Shown piece by piece: positions 37,564 to 50,631 of a stretch of 64,000 nt of DNA (its first letter is position 1; the number at the start of each line of letters is the position of its first letter). The notes under the pieces were generated by a model that did no database searches, was not told where the DNA came from, and worked only from the letters and a program-made list of their open reading frames with translations. Made by a program: the position numbers and the translations under genes. The DNA is from Azolla caroliniana (Eukaryota; Plantae; Polypodiophyta): positions 12,772,001-12,836,000 of the forward strand of contig JBHGNT010000013.1 in NCBI GenBank assembly GCA_043228905.1, in the 5' to 3' direction.

Positions 37564-39435
37564 GGTTCTTTTTCTTCTGTTCTTCTCTTCTCATGCAGCC
37601 GCCTCCTCCTCCTCCTCCTCCTCCTCCTCATTCATTCATTCATTCATTCATTCATTTCTATGGACCTTCTTCTTCTTCGTCACCACATTTCTTCCTCTTT
37701 TTGCCAATTGTTACTTTCTTCTTCTTCTATGGAGCGATGTGTCCCCCTCCACAACCTCACAATGGCCCACTTAGCAATGCCTCCATGTCAATACATACAT
37801 ACATATATATATATATGTGTGTGTGTGTATTTTTTTGGAATACATACATACATTATACATATATGTATGTATGTATATGTATCTAGTATTTATATCGGGG
37901 TCTCGATATGTATATGTACCACTACTAGGACGTGTCATTTCTTATTATCATTGGGACATCTCTTTCACATATCTATCCAAGTGCATCTCTTTATACTTCG
38001 TGCCTCCTTGCTGACCATGCATCTCTTTGGTTCATGGTGTGAATCCCCTATTGAGATGGGAAATCGATTGCGATCTATGGGACATAATTGGGGAGGGGGT
38101 TGGGTTGTATGGGAATTACATTACAATTTTGTGTCGCGGGCCAATCTAGGCTTGAAATCAAAGTAATGTTGATTGTATGGGAACCACATTACAATTTTGT
38201 GTCCCGGAGCAATCTAGGCTTGAAATCATTTAAGAATGTTGGTTGTTCGATGAGAGTGTATCTTATTTGGATAAAGGCCAACTTTGCAAATATGTGCATG
38301 GTTATAAAAGGCATCTTAAATAGAAATACTCTGCTAGTAATTGAAAGGTGACCCCTTTCAAGGAGGTCCAATTACATGGACATTAACTAGGGTAGGCTAA
38401 ATGTAATTGCATTTAACTTGAGATGCACTTCCTTGTTTGACTCTATAATTCATGCACGTATGCAAGTATGCCTTAAAAAGGGTTGATTGAAAGAGAAAGC
38501 TAACATACACTTATGTTATTTCATTGTACCTATTGTTTTATATGCTTTGCATCAATACCTATTGCTTTCATGATACTTGCAATCGTAATGTAGTGTGCAT
38601 AAGATGTGTTCCAGTTATAGAGTCTTGATGTTATTGCAAAGTTTGAGGTCCTCTCTGACGATTATAAGCATCTAAATTAATGTTAAGCAAAATTAACGAG
38701 AAAATAAGGAAGAAAGGGTGCTAGATCACCTGACCACCAAGTTTGGACATGGATCATACATTGGGTTTAAAGAAGGAGGAACACGTGTATGAAGCTAGAG
38801 ATTTGCCACACTTTAAGAGTCTCTATATAAAATAATAAAGATGATCCCCTTCATGAAGGTAGCTAGCCTTCTTATATAGGCTCAAACCCTAAGGCCTTGT
38901 ATGTTTTACACTTGATTGCTTAATTACAAATAGAAAAGTGATGAAACACTTAGCGTTGGCCACTATTGTGTTGCACTGTTGTAGCATAGCAAAGTGTGTT
39001 GGGCTGGTGAGATCCATGATATGGAACTTAGAGGGCTAAGGAACGACAAGTAAAAAAGCATATTCCTTGACTTGTGTTAAGACAATCTCATAGCGATGGA
39101 ACCCTAAATGGGGTACCACGTCATTAGTGATGGCACATGTCACAATCACCCTCACATGCATTCATCACAAGAGAAAAACGCCACATACACACACATACAT
39201 AAAATTATTCTCACTAAATATAATATGTACATGTAGAGTGAACACCATATGCATGTAAGGGAGGATATGTTTTTTAAGCATTATTGAAAAAAGCAAAAGA
39301 AGAGAGAAATGGAATACAAAAATTCTTGAGTTGCTTGCCATTTGATTGAAAAAACACACTTAGCTAGTTGCTCCAAGATTAAGAAAAATCAGAAAAAGCA
39401 ATCAAACTCAAGAAGAGAAAGAGAAAGCTTAGATA

Positions 39436-39515
39436 GATGTAGCTCAGTTGGCAAGGTTGCCTAATGGAGACTAGGAGGTCATGGGTTCAACCCCTACATT
39501 CTATAGTGGCATCTA
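39436..39515 (+). other. tRNA-derived (SINE-head-like) unit, copy 1
   Basis: A-box tagctcagttgg, B-box-like ggttcaacccc, and stem gatgtag/ctacatt. No canonical anticodon arm. Confidence 0.55.
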
Positions 39516-39653
39516 GTGAATTAAGAGAGATGTAAGACGTATATATTGGGTTTTGAAACCAAGACGTAGTGCTTGTCGTGTAACAACTTACCACTAGGGT
39601 AAGTTAATCACAATGAGAGAGAAAAAGTATAAATTTGCGATTGCCCAAATATT

Positions 39654-39734
39654 GATGTGGCTTAGTTGGTAAGGTTGCCCAATGGAGACCAAGAGGTCAT
39701 GGGTTCGACCCCTACATTCCACAGTGACATCTAT
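39654..39734 (+). other. tRNA-derived (SINE-head-like) unit, copy 2
   Basis: Near copy of 39436-39515; tggcttagttgg, ggttcgacccc, and ...cattcca. Confidence 0.55.
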
Positions 39735-40415
39735 TGTAGTAAATGAAGAGATATCTATGAAGTAATAGACAGATGAGAAAAATGGGTATTTAACACTAGA
39801 GTGAGAGGGAGAATGACACCATTTTAAGTAATGTTTTCATTTTTAAAAAAAGATAGAGAGAGAACCATTGTAAGTAATGTTTTCATTAGAGAGAGAGAGA
39901 GAGAAGAAGAAGAAAGAAATTTATATACTAATGTCTCTAAGAACAAATTTGGCCCATAAGACAATTGATTACAATAATGGGAGTGAAACCAATCATTTGA
40001 AAATAAAAATAACATAAAAATCATTATCTTGGTTGCCACCCAAAGCGGAAAACGTATGGTATGTATGTAAGTCAAATGCAAGGTGGTTGTAAATATTTCA
40101 TGCAAAGGTATTTATATGGAGACTCATGATTGGGGGGCTCCTATTAGGTTCAAGCCTAAAGAGACAAGGGCTAAGGTAAGGTACGTGCTTCTTTTGCACT
40201 ATTCCATTGGAGAACAATACATATAGATTCATTAAATTCCCTTTAGTTCATATATTTCAAGAGTACTTATTGGAGATTCGGCAAGTGTTAACTTGCTATT
40301 TTTGCCAAATCTTAATGGCCTCAAATCCTAAAGGGTTTTTGCTTAGTATGTTCATAATGGTCGAAATGATGAGCTGGAGATATTGTTCCAATCTTTATGA
40401 TATTGGGATTGCAAC

Positions 40416-41153
40416 TAGGGATCAGCAATGATTCAGTTTAGGCTTAACCAGTTTGGCCTTATCCGAGCAAAACCGGTTAAGCCTAAACCGTTTTGGGGTT
40501 CTCAAACCTGAACCTAACCGATCCCTAAACCGGTTTGGCCTAAACCGATTTGTGAACCGGCTTGGAATTGGCTTCAAAACCAGTTTGGAAACTTCCCTCC
40601 CTCTCCTTTTTTTTCATAAATCAATGTTTGTTATTAAAACAAGATGATAATACAACCCTTGCTATCTTCACTACATCATGAATAGTGATAATGCATGGGA
40701 AACCCTCTCAAGTGTTGCAAAACTAAATGTCATACTTGTATCTCCTCTTGGGACAACGTCCCCAAACAACATAGTTGCGAAATTGCCACATCAACTTCCC
40801 TTTCATCCTACGGAGTTGTTATGTTACCCCATGAAGTCCATCAAACAAGAACTCATTTCTCATGTTCCAATTAAACCACATCCCTCCCTCTCTTTCACTC
40901 ACGTTAGTGTAGTCTCCCTCTCCCTCTCTTTTTTTTTTTGGTAAAAGCACACAATTATATTAATTGTATGTAAAATCCACTTAGTTACAACAATTCTTAG
41001 TCTCCTCTACCTATCATATGCCTATGTAAGGAGAGGGACGTTTCTGTAATGCTATTAAAAAACCTAAATATGCATTTGAGGAAATGATCCCCACATGCTC
41101 TAACATCCAAAATTTCTACATGAGAATACCTTTAAGCTTCTTTATATAGGCTT

Positions 41154-41184
<31 letters not shown>

Positions 41185-41542
41185 CCCTTCGTCCCTCTCT
41201 CTCTCTCACTCTCTCTCGGACGATCCACTATGTAGTATACAAGCTCCCTCCCTCTCTTCTCTGTGTAGTCTCCCTCCCTCTCTCTCCTCGTCCGTGTACT
41301 CTCTCTCTCACTCTCTCTCAAGTTTCTAACTAATTTCTAACTTTGTAGTTTTTCTTTAAACTAACTAGTAAACCACATAAACGGCTTAACCATTTTGGCA
41401 AGGCTCAAGCCAAGCCGAACCGATCTTGAACCATGTAGTCAAGCTCAAGCCTGAGCCGAGCCGAGCTGCTAAGCCACTAAGTTGTTTTAAACCGGTTTAG
41501 CTCAACCATTTAGGCTTGAGCCGAGCCCGTTGCCAATCCCTA
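40416..41542. mobile_element. Non-autonomous hAT DNA transposon
   Basis: Imperfect TIRs TAGGGATcaGCAA / TTGCcaATCCCTA, perfect 8-bp TSD ATTGCAAC (40408-40415, 41543-41550), and subterminal AAACCG and GAGCC repeats. No transposase. Confidence 0.92.
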
Positions 41543-41679
41543 ATTGCAACACAATTGGAATATACCCAAAGCTTTCATGTTTGATGGTGAATATGGGGTG
41601 AAAGCCTATGTGAAGAAGTTGAAAGACAATCTCATGTGGACGTTTTCAATATTAGAGCACGTGGGGATCATTTTCCCAA

Positions 41680-42247
41680 GTACATATTCAAGTTTTCTTG
41701 AAGTCTACAAAAGCAACAACATAAACCTTTACCTCTTGAATTACTTTCTTTCATTAATACTCAAAGAGTGACAATGTGAGCAATGGTGCTATGATGTTTT
41801 CAAAAGCCAACTTGTCCATAAGCTCCCCATAAGGATATAATCATTTGGTACCCCAAGTTCCTCCATACACCTCCAAAGATTCTCACAAAGTACCATATCA
41901 AAAGCTTTCTTGAAGTCTACAAAGCAACAACATAAACCTTTACATCTTAAAAGACTTTCTTTCATTAATACTCAAAGGGTGACAAGATGACCAATGCTAC
42001 TATGGTATTTTCGAAAGTTGACTTGTCTATAAGCTCTCCATAAGCCTATATTCATTTGGCACCTCGAGTTCCTCTATACACCTCTAAAGATGCTCACATG
42101 GTACCATATCAAAAGCTTTCTTGAAGTCTACAAAGCAACAACATAAACCGTTACCTCATAAACAATTTTCTTTCATTAATACTCAAAGGGTGACAAAGTG
42201 CTTGATAGTGTTATGGTGCTTTCGAAATCGAACTTGTCCATAAGCTC
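41680..42247. repeat. ~211-bp degenerate tandem repeat, ~2.7 copies
   Basis: ttgaagtctacaaagcaacaacataaacc recurs at about 41698, 41910 and 42121. Confidence 0.88.
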
Positions 42248-42329
42248 TTTGATAATAAAAAATTCAACCCATCATCTTATCATTGATTCCATTATACATC
42301 CAAATAGATTTTCCATGACAATGGTGGCT

Positions 42330-42890
42330 CGATAATTGTTTACGCTATTTATATCTCCACCTTTATGCTAATGTTTGATCCAATTTGTCAGTTGGTCATT
42401 CATTGAAAGGGAATGTAGCACCCAATCTTCGGCAATGTGGCTTTTGCCATGAAGCTTAGAAGACTGCCAAGCATGTCCTCTGGTCTTGTCCCATGGCTCA
42501 ACAAGTATGGAAAAAGTCCTTTCGTTATTCTTAACAATCAATGTCAACTACCTATTTTCATGGGGATCAGCGATGTGGGGAGTGTTACATTCCAGCTTGA
42601 TATTGTATGAGGCAGATGATGTTTAGGAGGCAATGATGGTACATAATAGGAATATTGATATTTGTTAGCTCCTTTCAGCAACCTCGAAAGTAGGTGCTAT
42701 CTGTCCAGGTTTGGAAAACAATGACCACGGTAATGTTATGGGCATTATGGAAATGTCGATGTAACTGACTTTGTGATGCGGCAGATCTTCGACTCTTAGA
42801 TGTCCTGCTTGAGATATGGGAGAACTTGCTGGCAGTAGTCCATGGCCAATATGACAATATGCATGGTTCCCTAGAGTCTATGAACAAGAG
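42330..42890 (+). mobile_element. Old L1-type LINE ORF2 3' fragment (zf-RVT region)
   Basis: Plus-strand translation with stops gives CGFCHEA*KTAKHVLWSCPMAQQVWKK and VMLWALWKCRCN. Boundaries approximate. Confidence 0.65.
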
Positions 42891-43961
42891 AAGCAAGAAG
42901 CTTCTTCACTAATGAAAAAAGTTGCCCCTGTTTATAAAGTCAACTCAAGGGCCTCAATGGCACTATCGACTTCCATGGACCCTTTCTTGAATATCAGTAA
43001 ATCATGGTAGTGTACATCAGGAAATTCCAACACCTTCTACAAAGTCCTATCTTTGATCTTAGGATTATTGTACATAAAAACTTGTAAGCTTCTAGGCAGA
43101 CAAGTTCAAGTTGTAGCCTTCGGCCATTTTTTCTTAATACTATTGAAGAGAATCTTTGAAAAAGAAGAAGGTTTGATCCAATTCGTAATCCAAATGTAGA
43201 GCATGCCATGTTGCAATGGATGATTTAATATATCACTTATCTATGCTTGCTTTCTCGTTCATCTGAGAATGTCAACCTTTATACAATGAAGATCTCTTGC
43301 CTTTCAAGAGACCAATTTCTATGCATACATCTTCAATGGTAAATAAGGGAGGGAGGCATATGTCAAGGGAACCATAACATCTTTTCAGCAATTGATAGCC
43401 CATGTAAGTTCTCACAATGCTTATAGAGTCTAAAAGAGTTTAACTCACCATAATTCCCCATAATTCTTGATATCGTTCCCCTTCAAATTTCCCTAAAATT
43501 TAACATAGACATGTGCTTTCTCTTGCGTTTGGAGAAATTGTTGAGTAACTCCCCATAAATCTTTCGTACTTGAATGCAAATTCTTTTGATAATTTTCCTT
43601 ATCCTTGATGATATTCAAACTCAAAGGAACTTTTAGAGCTTCATAGTGTTCCTTATCAAACCATTTTTCTCTTTGAACTAAATTTCTTGATGTCTTCATA
43701 AGGTGTGCTTGATTGAAAAAGCATTTGTTTCCACATGAAAAAATGACGTTCTTGAAAGCTTCCTATCCCAATGCTATTGCCAATGCCTATGTCATCTAAA
43801 GTGATAAGAATGACTTGTACAAACCTTTCTGCTTCGTGGAGATGGTTGGATTATTTTGTGGAGAAGAGTTTGTAAGATGATAGAAGCAAGAGTGGATTCT
43901 ACCTTAATTGAGATATTAGCATATCACTCCTATTTATTAATAAGTTAATTACGATAGTGTT

Positions 43962-44913
43962 TTTATTTTATTTTAAATGAAGCTACTTTCCCATTAGTTA
44001 GGACGGATTATTACAAAAAGACTGTACAAGGGGGCTTATACACAAATCGGGGAATCTCCCTCCGACTTAATGTAAGTAGATACCTATAGGTAAAAATGGT
44101 GCCCTTTTGTGTTGGCTAGTACGAGGCAATTCCTAGGGCCTACAACGAAGGGAGGGAGGTAGATGAGTCAGAAAGAGCCAGTGTGGGGGCTGGTAGTTCC
44201 ACATTGGGCCACTTCCTCCTTGTGTCACCATAGGCGTGTTCTACCATTTCTGCCAAAAGCGCAAACGGGCAGTGACCACGTCGTTGGAATGGCTGCAAAC
44301 CTCGTCCAATTGCCCTCGTAGGTAGCTGATAAGCACAAACCATATGTCCATGATCACTTCCTCCGGGGGCCGTACCAGATCTTGAAAGACCTTTAGGCAA
44401 CATGCTTTCCATACATACCATAGGGTGAAGCCTGCGATCAACATCCAAATTTCTGGCAAGCCTCTCTCAAAATGAATCTTGGTGATTTTGCCTCTCGTGC
44501 ATACGTAGCACCAACTATCCACATTGAAGGCATCCGTCCTCCTATCAACAAATTGATCAATCCATGCCGCAACACTCCACGATGTTGTTCCTTCTGCTTC
44601 ACATGCCGCAAGGAGGCGAGTCACTCTATCCCATACCTTTTGAGCTTGAAGGCAACCCCACAGACAATGTCTCACAGTCTCAATAGGTGAAGGGCAAAGT
44701 GGGCAACCTAACAGGCCGCCACGTTTACCTAGCCATTCACCAACGGGAACCACATTATGACCGATTTGCCACCAAAAGAGCTTGATCTTTTCAGGCATGT
44801 GTAGACGCCTGAGACCCTTCCAAAAAGTAATGAGCACCTCATCAAGGATGCCCAATGTTCGCAAACCATTGCGTAAGGGGTCGTCTAACTGCAGTTGTAA
44901 AGTCCGGCCCAAT
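43962..44913 (-). mobile_element. 5'-truncated L1-type LINE
   Basis: zf-RVT (KIKLFWWQ...CPLC...ETVRHCLWGC), an A-rich (AAAAT)n tail on the minus strand at 43962-43975, and 13-bp TSD TTACGATAGTGTT (43949-43961, 44914-44926). Confidence 0.92.
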
Positions 44914-47236
44914 TTACGATAGTGTTATTAAGATACATAGAGATCAAGATCATGTAAAAAATAATAGGTTAGTTTAGACTCGATCTAAGTCGTATGGGTA
45001 ATGCAATGGTTTTAAGAGAGAAATATTTGAATTGGTAAGATCAATAAATAGTAATGAACTAAAACATTTAATTACCCCTCCTACATCATAGTTCCCTTTT
45101 TATAGGCTTGTCTCAAGCTTCATTCTATATTTTTTTATTAGCATTTATTAACCTTTTTTTTATATTTGTGTGGAAATAAGCTACACGCATGTGTGAAATA
45201 CAAAACTATAGTTTCATAAATAAAGCTAATACATCTAGATTTAGATTTGCGTTTTTGTTAAAGCTAAAAGTAGATTATCTTATTGGTAAGTATAGTGCCT
45301 CATTTTGTGGAGGTTGATTTCACTTTTATTTAGTTTTTCCATTATTTCCACTATTTGGCGAGTTCACAATGTGGTCTGAAATCATGATGATCATGCAGGA
45401 TATGGCTGATGACAAATGTCAATCAAATTTTGTGTTCACATGGGACGGACCCAGTATCAACCATGGTCTCAAAGTCATGCAAATATGTTTATGGGAAGAT
45501 TTGTGCATGAAACCAGAGTCTAATGAGTTCATATAACATATTGGGTCCATAATTTAGGTGGAAGGTAAGTCCCCAATTAGGATTTTGCATTTATCATGAT
45601 GGGGTGCCCTTAAAGTAGGGTAATTGAGGAGGATCTGTGCAAATAATTACAAAACTAGATATATAGTTCGCATGCACCAGATAAATAAAATAAATACGTG
45701 CTATATGTTACATGAGAGAGAGGGAGAATCATGCAAGGCCATAACTATATTTGACAAGATGAATGAATATCACAATGACATAATAATTAACAGTGAAAGT
45801 CAATAAACTATAATCAACAATGTAAACAATATGTAATCAACACTCTATACAAAAGGGGGGCGGGGGTTTGGTATATATAGAACTTCTCCCATTTCATATC
45901 ATTATGTTGCCATATTCACTTCTCCGTATTTGAATATGTGGTGTTTTATACAAGTTGCGAGGAAATACATCATACAAGATACTTAATGTCAATGACATTG
46001 TGAATATTGTCAAGGTCACCTTCAATGTATCCTCGAGTATTGATCCACCTTGTATTTGCGTGATAGTGGCTTGTGGTTGATATTCAAAGTCAGGCATGCA
46101 TCAAATTTTATAAATGATCATCACTATACTAGAGGTGGTGCTAAGGTACATGATCGAATGGATATTTGTTTCCAATGATCTCCTTGAGAATGGGAAGAAA
46201 TATCCATGGTCTATATATTTACTATACATAACAATGTAGTTAGGTGTAACAATACCTTAAAAGGATCTCATAATGCCCATGTTCATGTTGATATTTACAT
46301 TGGTCCATTCTTTAGTTATTGAATTTATTGGTGCCATGGCAACCCAAATCATTTCAAAAGGTGTTATCACAGCCATAAAAAATGTAGATGTAACCACAAT
46401 GATGTTAATAAACTAAGCTTGACCACAACTCGTGATTGAATGAAGTGATGCTTTTGTTAAATGAGTGAAGACAACATCTTTTTTTTTACCATCCATATTA
46501 TTGATTTCTTCCGATTATCGTTCAGCTCCTCTCAAATAGATCACATCATTATTACTGTTTCACAATTCTCTTGCTAGTCAATACAAACTAAAATTGTCCT
46601 AATATCACAATATTTGAACAATAGTAGTAGGATCTCTAACTATCTTAAATATTATCATTTCAATAATAATAAAGAATTGGAACGTCAAGAATTAATTTAC
46701 TTTGACATGTCAAGCAATGAATCCACATGCATGATATAAAATGATGTCAAAAGACATGCTTATTTTAAGGCAAGATTACTCACATATGAATCACCTCAGT
46801 AAGGGATTCAATCCTCCGGAACAATGTACAAAGTCATGTGGAGCTAATACCACCATTCCTCATGAAAAAAGTATTGATTCACTAGTTACTTAGGCGGAAG
46901 TTTTACATACAGATAAAGTAGTGGACCTCCGCAAACGTATGTATAGAAATGGGTAACAATCTTCTATAGTACATCACTCAATAAATACACTATATATCTT
47001 TATTTAGGATACCCTAAATATTGGGTTAGTTTAAAACCATACCTTTTGCCTTTGCCTTCTTCATGTGTTGTGATAATCCTTTGCATGATCTGTCTCTCTG
47101 TACAGGGTTTGCCTCAAATACAATAGAAAGAATGCTAATGGTAGGTTAAAATAAAATGGAGAAGCAAAGAACCTAAAGTGCAATGGCTGAAACACGACAA
47201 TCATAATGTTAGTTAAGACAGCTATGAACAACATCA

Positions 47237-50200
47237 TCAAACCACCCCTACTCTTACTCCATCCTCTGTTTTAGCCTTTTCTTCTTCTCCTTTCTCTGCT
47301 TCTTTGAAATTTGCGAGATTTCCTAATTCGTCCACCGCTTCAACAACATAATCGAGCCGAAGTGCGACCTCCATCAATAGTGTTGCAAATGTTCCTAATG
47401 AAAGTGCGCTTGCACTCTCGAGTACCCTTACCCTCTGTTCAAACAGAGAATCTTTGGCAAAATCAAAGTCGTCGACAGGACGGGAGGGCCATGAATGTAA
47501 TTTTTTGAAACCCCTCTTCTCAACTGATGCTAAATCATCATGAGAATATGCAATGCCCATTTTATGACTAGAACCTGACCTAAAAAAGTTCCTTGAATCA
47601 CCATTACCAAATTTCTTCAATTCCGGTAACACACTCACAGGGAAATCTTCGGCAATATCCTCGTCAAACCCCACTTCATGCCGAATGAGTAGATATGAAT
47701 TAAGATATAAGCTCTGTTGTAATCGATCGACAGCACGACGCACACCATCCAATATCTTTATTGGATCGCCTTTCTGCATTTCGTTGACTTGTTTGCCCAA
47801 TTCCCGCAAAACCTTACCTCCCTCTATGCTCACCTCACGAAGTTCTCTTTCAAAGAGCAGCCTTACTGTTAATGGCGCCTGAAAAGAAGTAATATTATTT
47901 GAAACAGCTACACAATTACATCTGTATAAAATCAAACTTCATACAAAGCTATGCATGTGCAAAATAAATGCATATGTGATGGTTGATGAACGTCTTGCAC
48001 ACATTGAAAAAGTTAGTTTCTTAAGTTGATCTTTGATTACTTTGGATTTGGGTAAGCCTAAGACTACCATGAAGTTGAGTACATTTCAGTCCCTGCCTAC
48101 AAGTAACTTTGATAAGATTTGTAAATCTATAAAGGCAATAAGTAATGACATTTAAGGCACCATGACAAGGCACTTACTTGTATTGCAGATCGCAAGCAAC
48201 CATGGAGAGCCACGACAGAATAGGTACAATGGCGTAAAACTGCTCCAACTTTAACATAATTATGCCATGGATACTTGAAAGACCAGAACTTCCCATGTGG
48301 TGGTTCCCATATGGCAAAACTAGCCTACAGAATTATCACTTTCTTAGTCTGATTCACATTACCAAATGTATCAAAACCCTAATTTACAAACAGTTAAAAT
48401 TACCAATGCCTCTTCCTTGGATCCAGAAATTAATGCACTTCTATAACCCTTGTACACTGGATCATCTGCAGCTAACCCCATGAAGATTTTGGAAGGAACT
48501 CTCTCTAATATTGTACCTTTCAGGTATTCATCCACACAGACTGAAATAACATGAAACAAAAGGTTTCAAACACTCTGAGAACTAGAACTTGCAAATGAAA
48601 CATTCTGAGAAACAATTAAAATTCATACCCTCCAGAGAATCGGCAACATTATTGAAATTTTTTGCAATGAACTCATGTAGCTCCTCCCCAGCCCACAGAG
48701 GAAAAAGAAGAAGGTTAACACCAAGACCTATAGCAGCACCTATGAAAATGATAATAAACCGGTTCACGGCTGTATCTATGGGATCCCCGTCTCGGTACTC
48801 CGCCACAATGACGAGACTGAATGTAAGTAAAATTATTCGAAATCCATACTCATACGACTTCATAAATGGTAGCATTTTGACAAAAGTCACAAGTCCACCT
48901 GTTTCATCACAATGCATGGCATGACAAACACATCAATCCACGATGCTTGGATAGAGTAAGCAATGCAAAAATGTATATTCACGCAACATATCCATTGTAG
49001 AGCAATCTTAATCCATCTAGAACACCCCACATGAAACAAGGTTTGGTGTTCCCTTCTTTTCCAGACAAGAGATTTACAAACCTATGATGAACACGCTCAC
49101 ACCAACAATGATAGGATGTGCAAGATCTCCAGACATCGAAGCTAATTGACCAACAAGAACAGCCAGCAAACAAGCCAATAAAGTACCAACTCCTCTGTTC
49201 ACACCCTTGCTTAGAGTGGCACCTGAAAGAACAAAAACAACAGAGAGGAGACAATGTGAAAGGACTATCGTATAATCATATCTATCACACACAAACACGT
49301 CATTTAATGTTTACTCAGGTTACTTAAGATTATGACAATATATAGTTTTGTTTCTCATGTTAGGAGCAAGAAGGCAAACCATAAAAACAGAAAATAAATA
49401 AATGCAACAATGTAAAAGAAAATGAAATGAGCCCCCCATACCATAGCAAATGACCACATCTACCATAAACAAAGCTGTTATCCAGGCATATACGATGATA
49501 AGATGACATCATTCTGATGCTTATGATGGAAAAACAAAACAAAATAAAGGCAATTGATTGAGCCACCAAGACACAGGAAATAATCTTGTCTAATGAATTA
49601 CAATGGTACCATTTAATGCTTATTCATGTTATGTTCTAAGATATGAAAGGAAGTGATCAGGACAAATCCTGAAAGCTGAAATGCAGCAGCAACTCAACAA
49701 TATAAAGGGATTGAATTGGCATAGCAGTAAATCATGTTGATCACATTAAAAGGTAATATTTCATGGTTATGCTATTGCACAGGTAATGATGTTGATGATA
49801 AAGCATTCACTGTTTTGACGCTCAAAATAGCATCAAGGTGACAAATCCTGAAAGCAGAAAAGCAGCATACAGAAACTACAGCAGAAAGGATTGAATTTAC
49901 CACCTAGTGCATAGCAACAAATAGTGTCTATTGCAACAAAGGAAGAGTATCCATAATGATGAAAATACATTACTTTGATGCTTATGAAATGCATTTTCAG
50001 GGCATTTAAGATGATATGAATAAGATCAACACTTTGATGTTTATGAGGATTCAGTATTGCATCTCCAGGGGGGGACTTAAGGTGATGAAAGAAGACAACA
50101 TTTTGATGTTTACACAGAGACACTACATGCTATTTCAAGGCAGTTAGCATGACTAAAAACAGACAACATTTTGATGCTTATGATAAGTAGTCAGTAGAAT

Positions 50201-50631
50201 CACTTTTGTGGGGATCTGAAGATGGTGAAAACAAATCAAAGAAAACATTCTGATGCCTATATAAAATGGGAACCAAAGATAATTTCTCACGAACCTGAAC
50301 TAAACTCAAAGACGACGACGACTGTCATGACTGCCCAAATGGTGTGGCTACCAAAGAGTTCATAGGGGGCTTCGAGGAGGACAAGGAGGAAGACCAAAGA
50401 AAGGGCCGTGGCCATTTTGAATGCATGGATTGTTTTCTTCGGCTCATTACGAGCAGTTGTGATTACAGATTTCAGCAGAGACGAGATCGATGTGGTCACA
50501 TAAGCGATTGTTCCAGAATAGAAGCTCTGAACATGCTTCCATGGCACTGCTAAGCAGCCATTTTTAGGGCCTGGATATGGTTGCAGCAAAGGCCTTTCAT
50601 ATGCATGGGTTGAGATATCATTATAAGCCAT
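47237..50631 (-). CDS. ALMT: Aluminium-activated malate transporter family anion channel; 6 exons: 50631-50295, 49222-49082, 48898-48629, 48540-48404, 48324-48178, 47878-47237; 557 aa
   Basis: Motifs [62 protein letters not shown].IQAP and SLGTFATLLME. All introns are GT-AG and the exons total 1674 nt in frame. Confidence 0.95.

Noticed and set aside
39436-39734. Functional tRNA genes
   Set aside because: No pairing anticodon stem or 7-nt loop, and the T-arm/acceptor geometry is imperfect.
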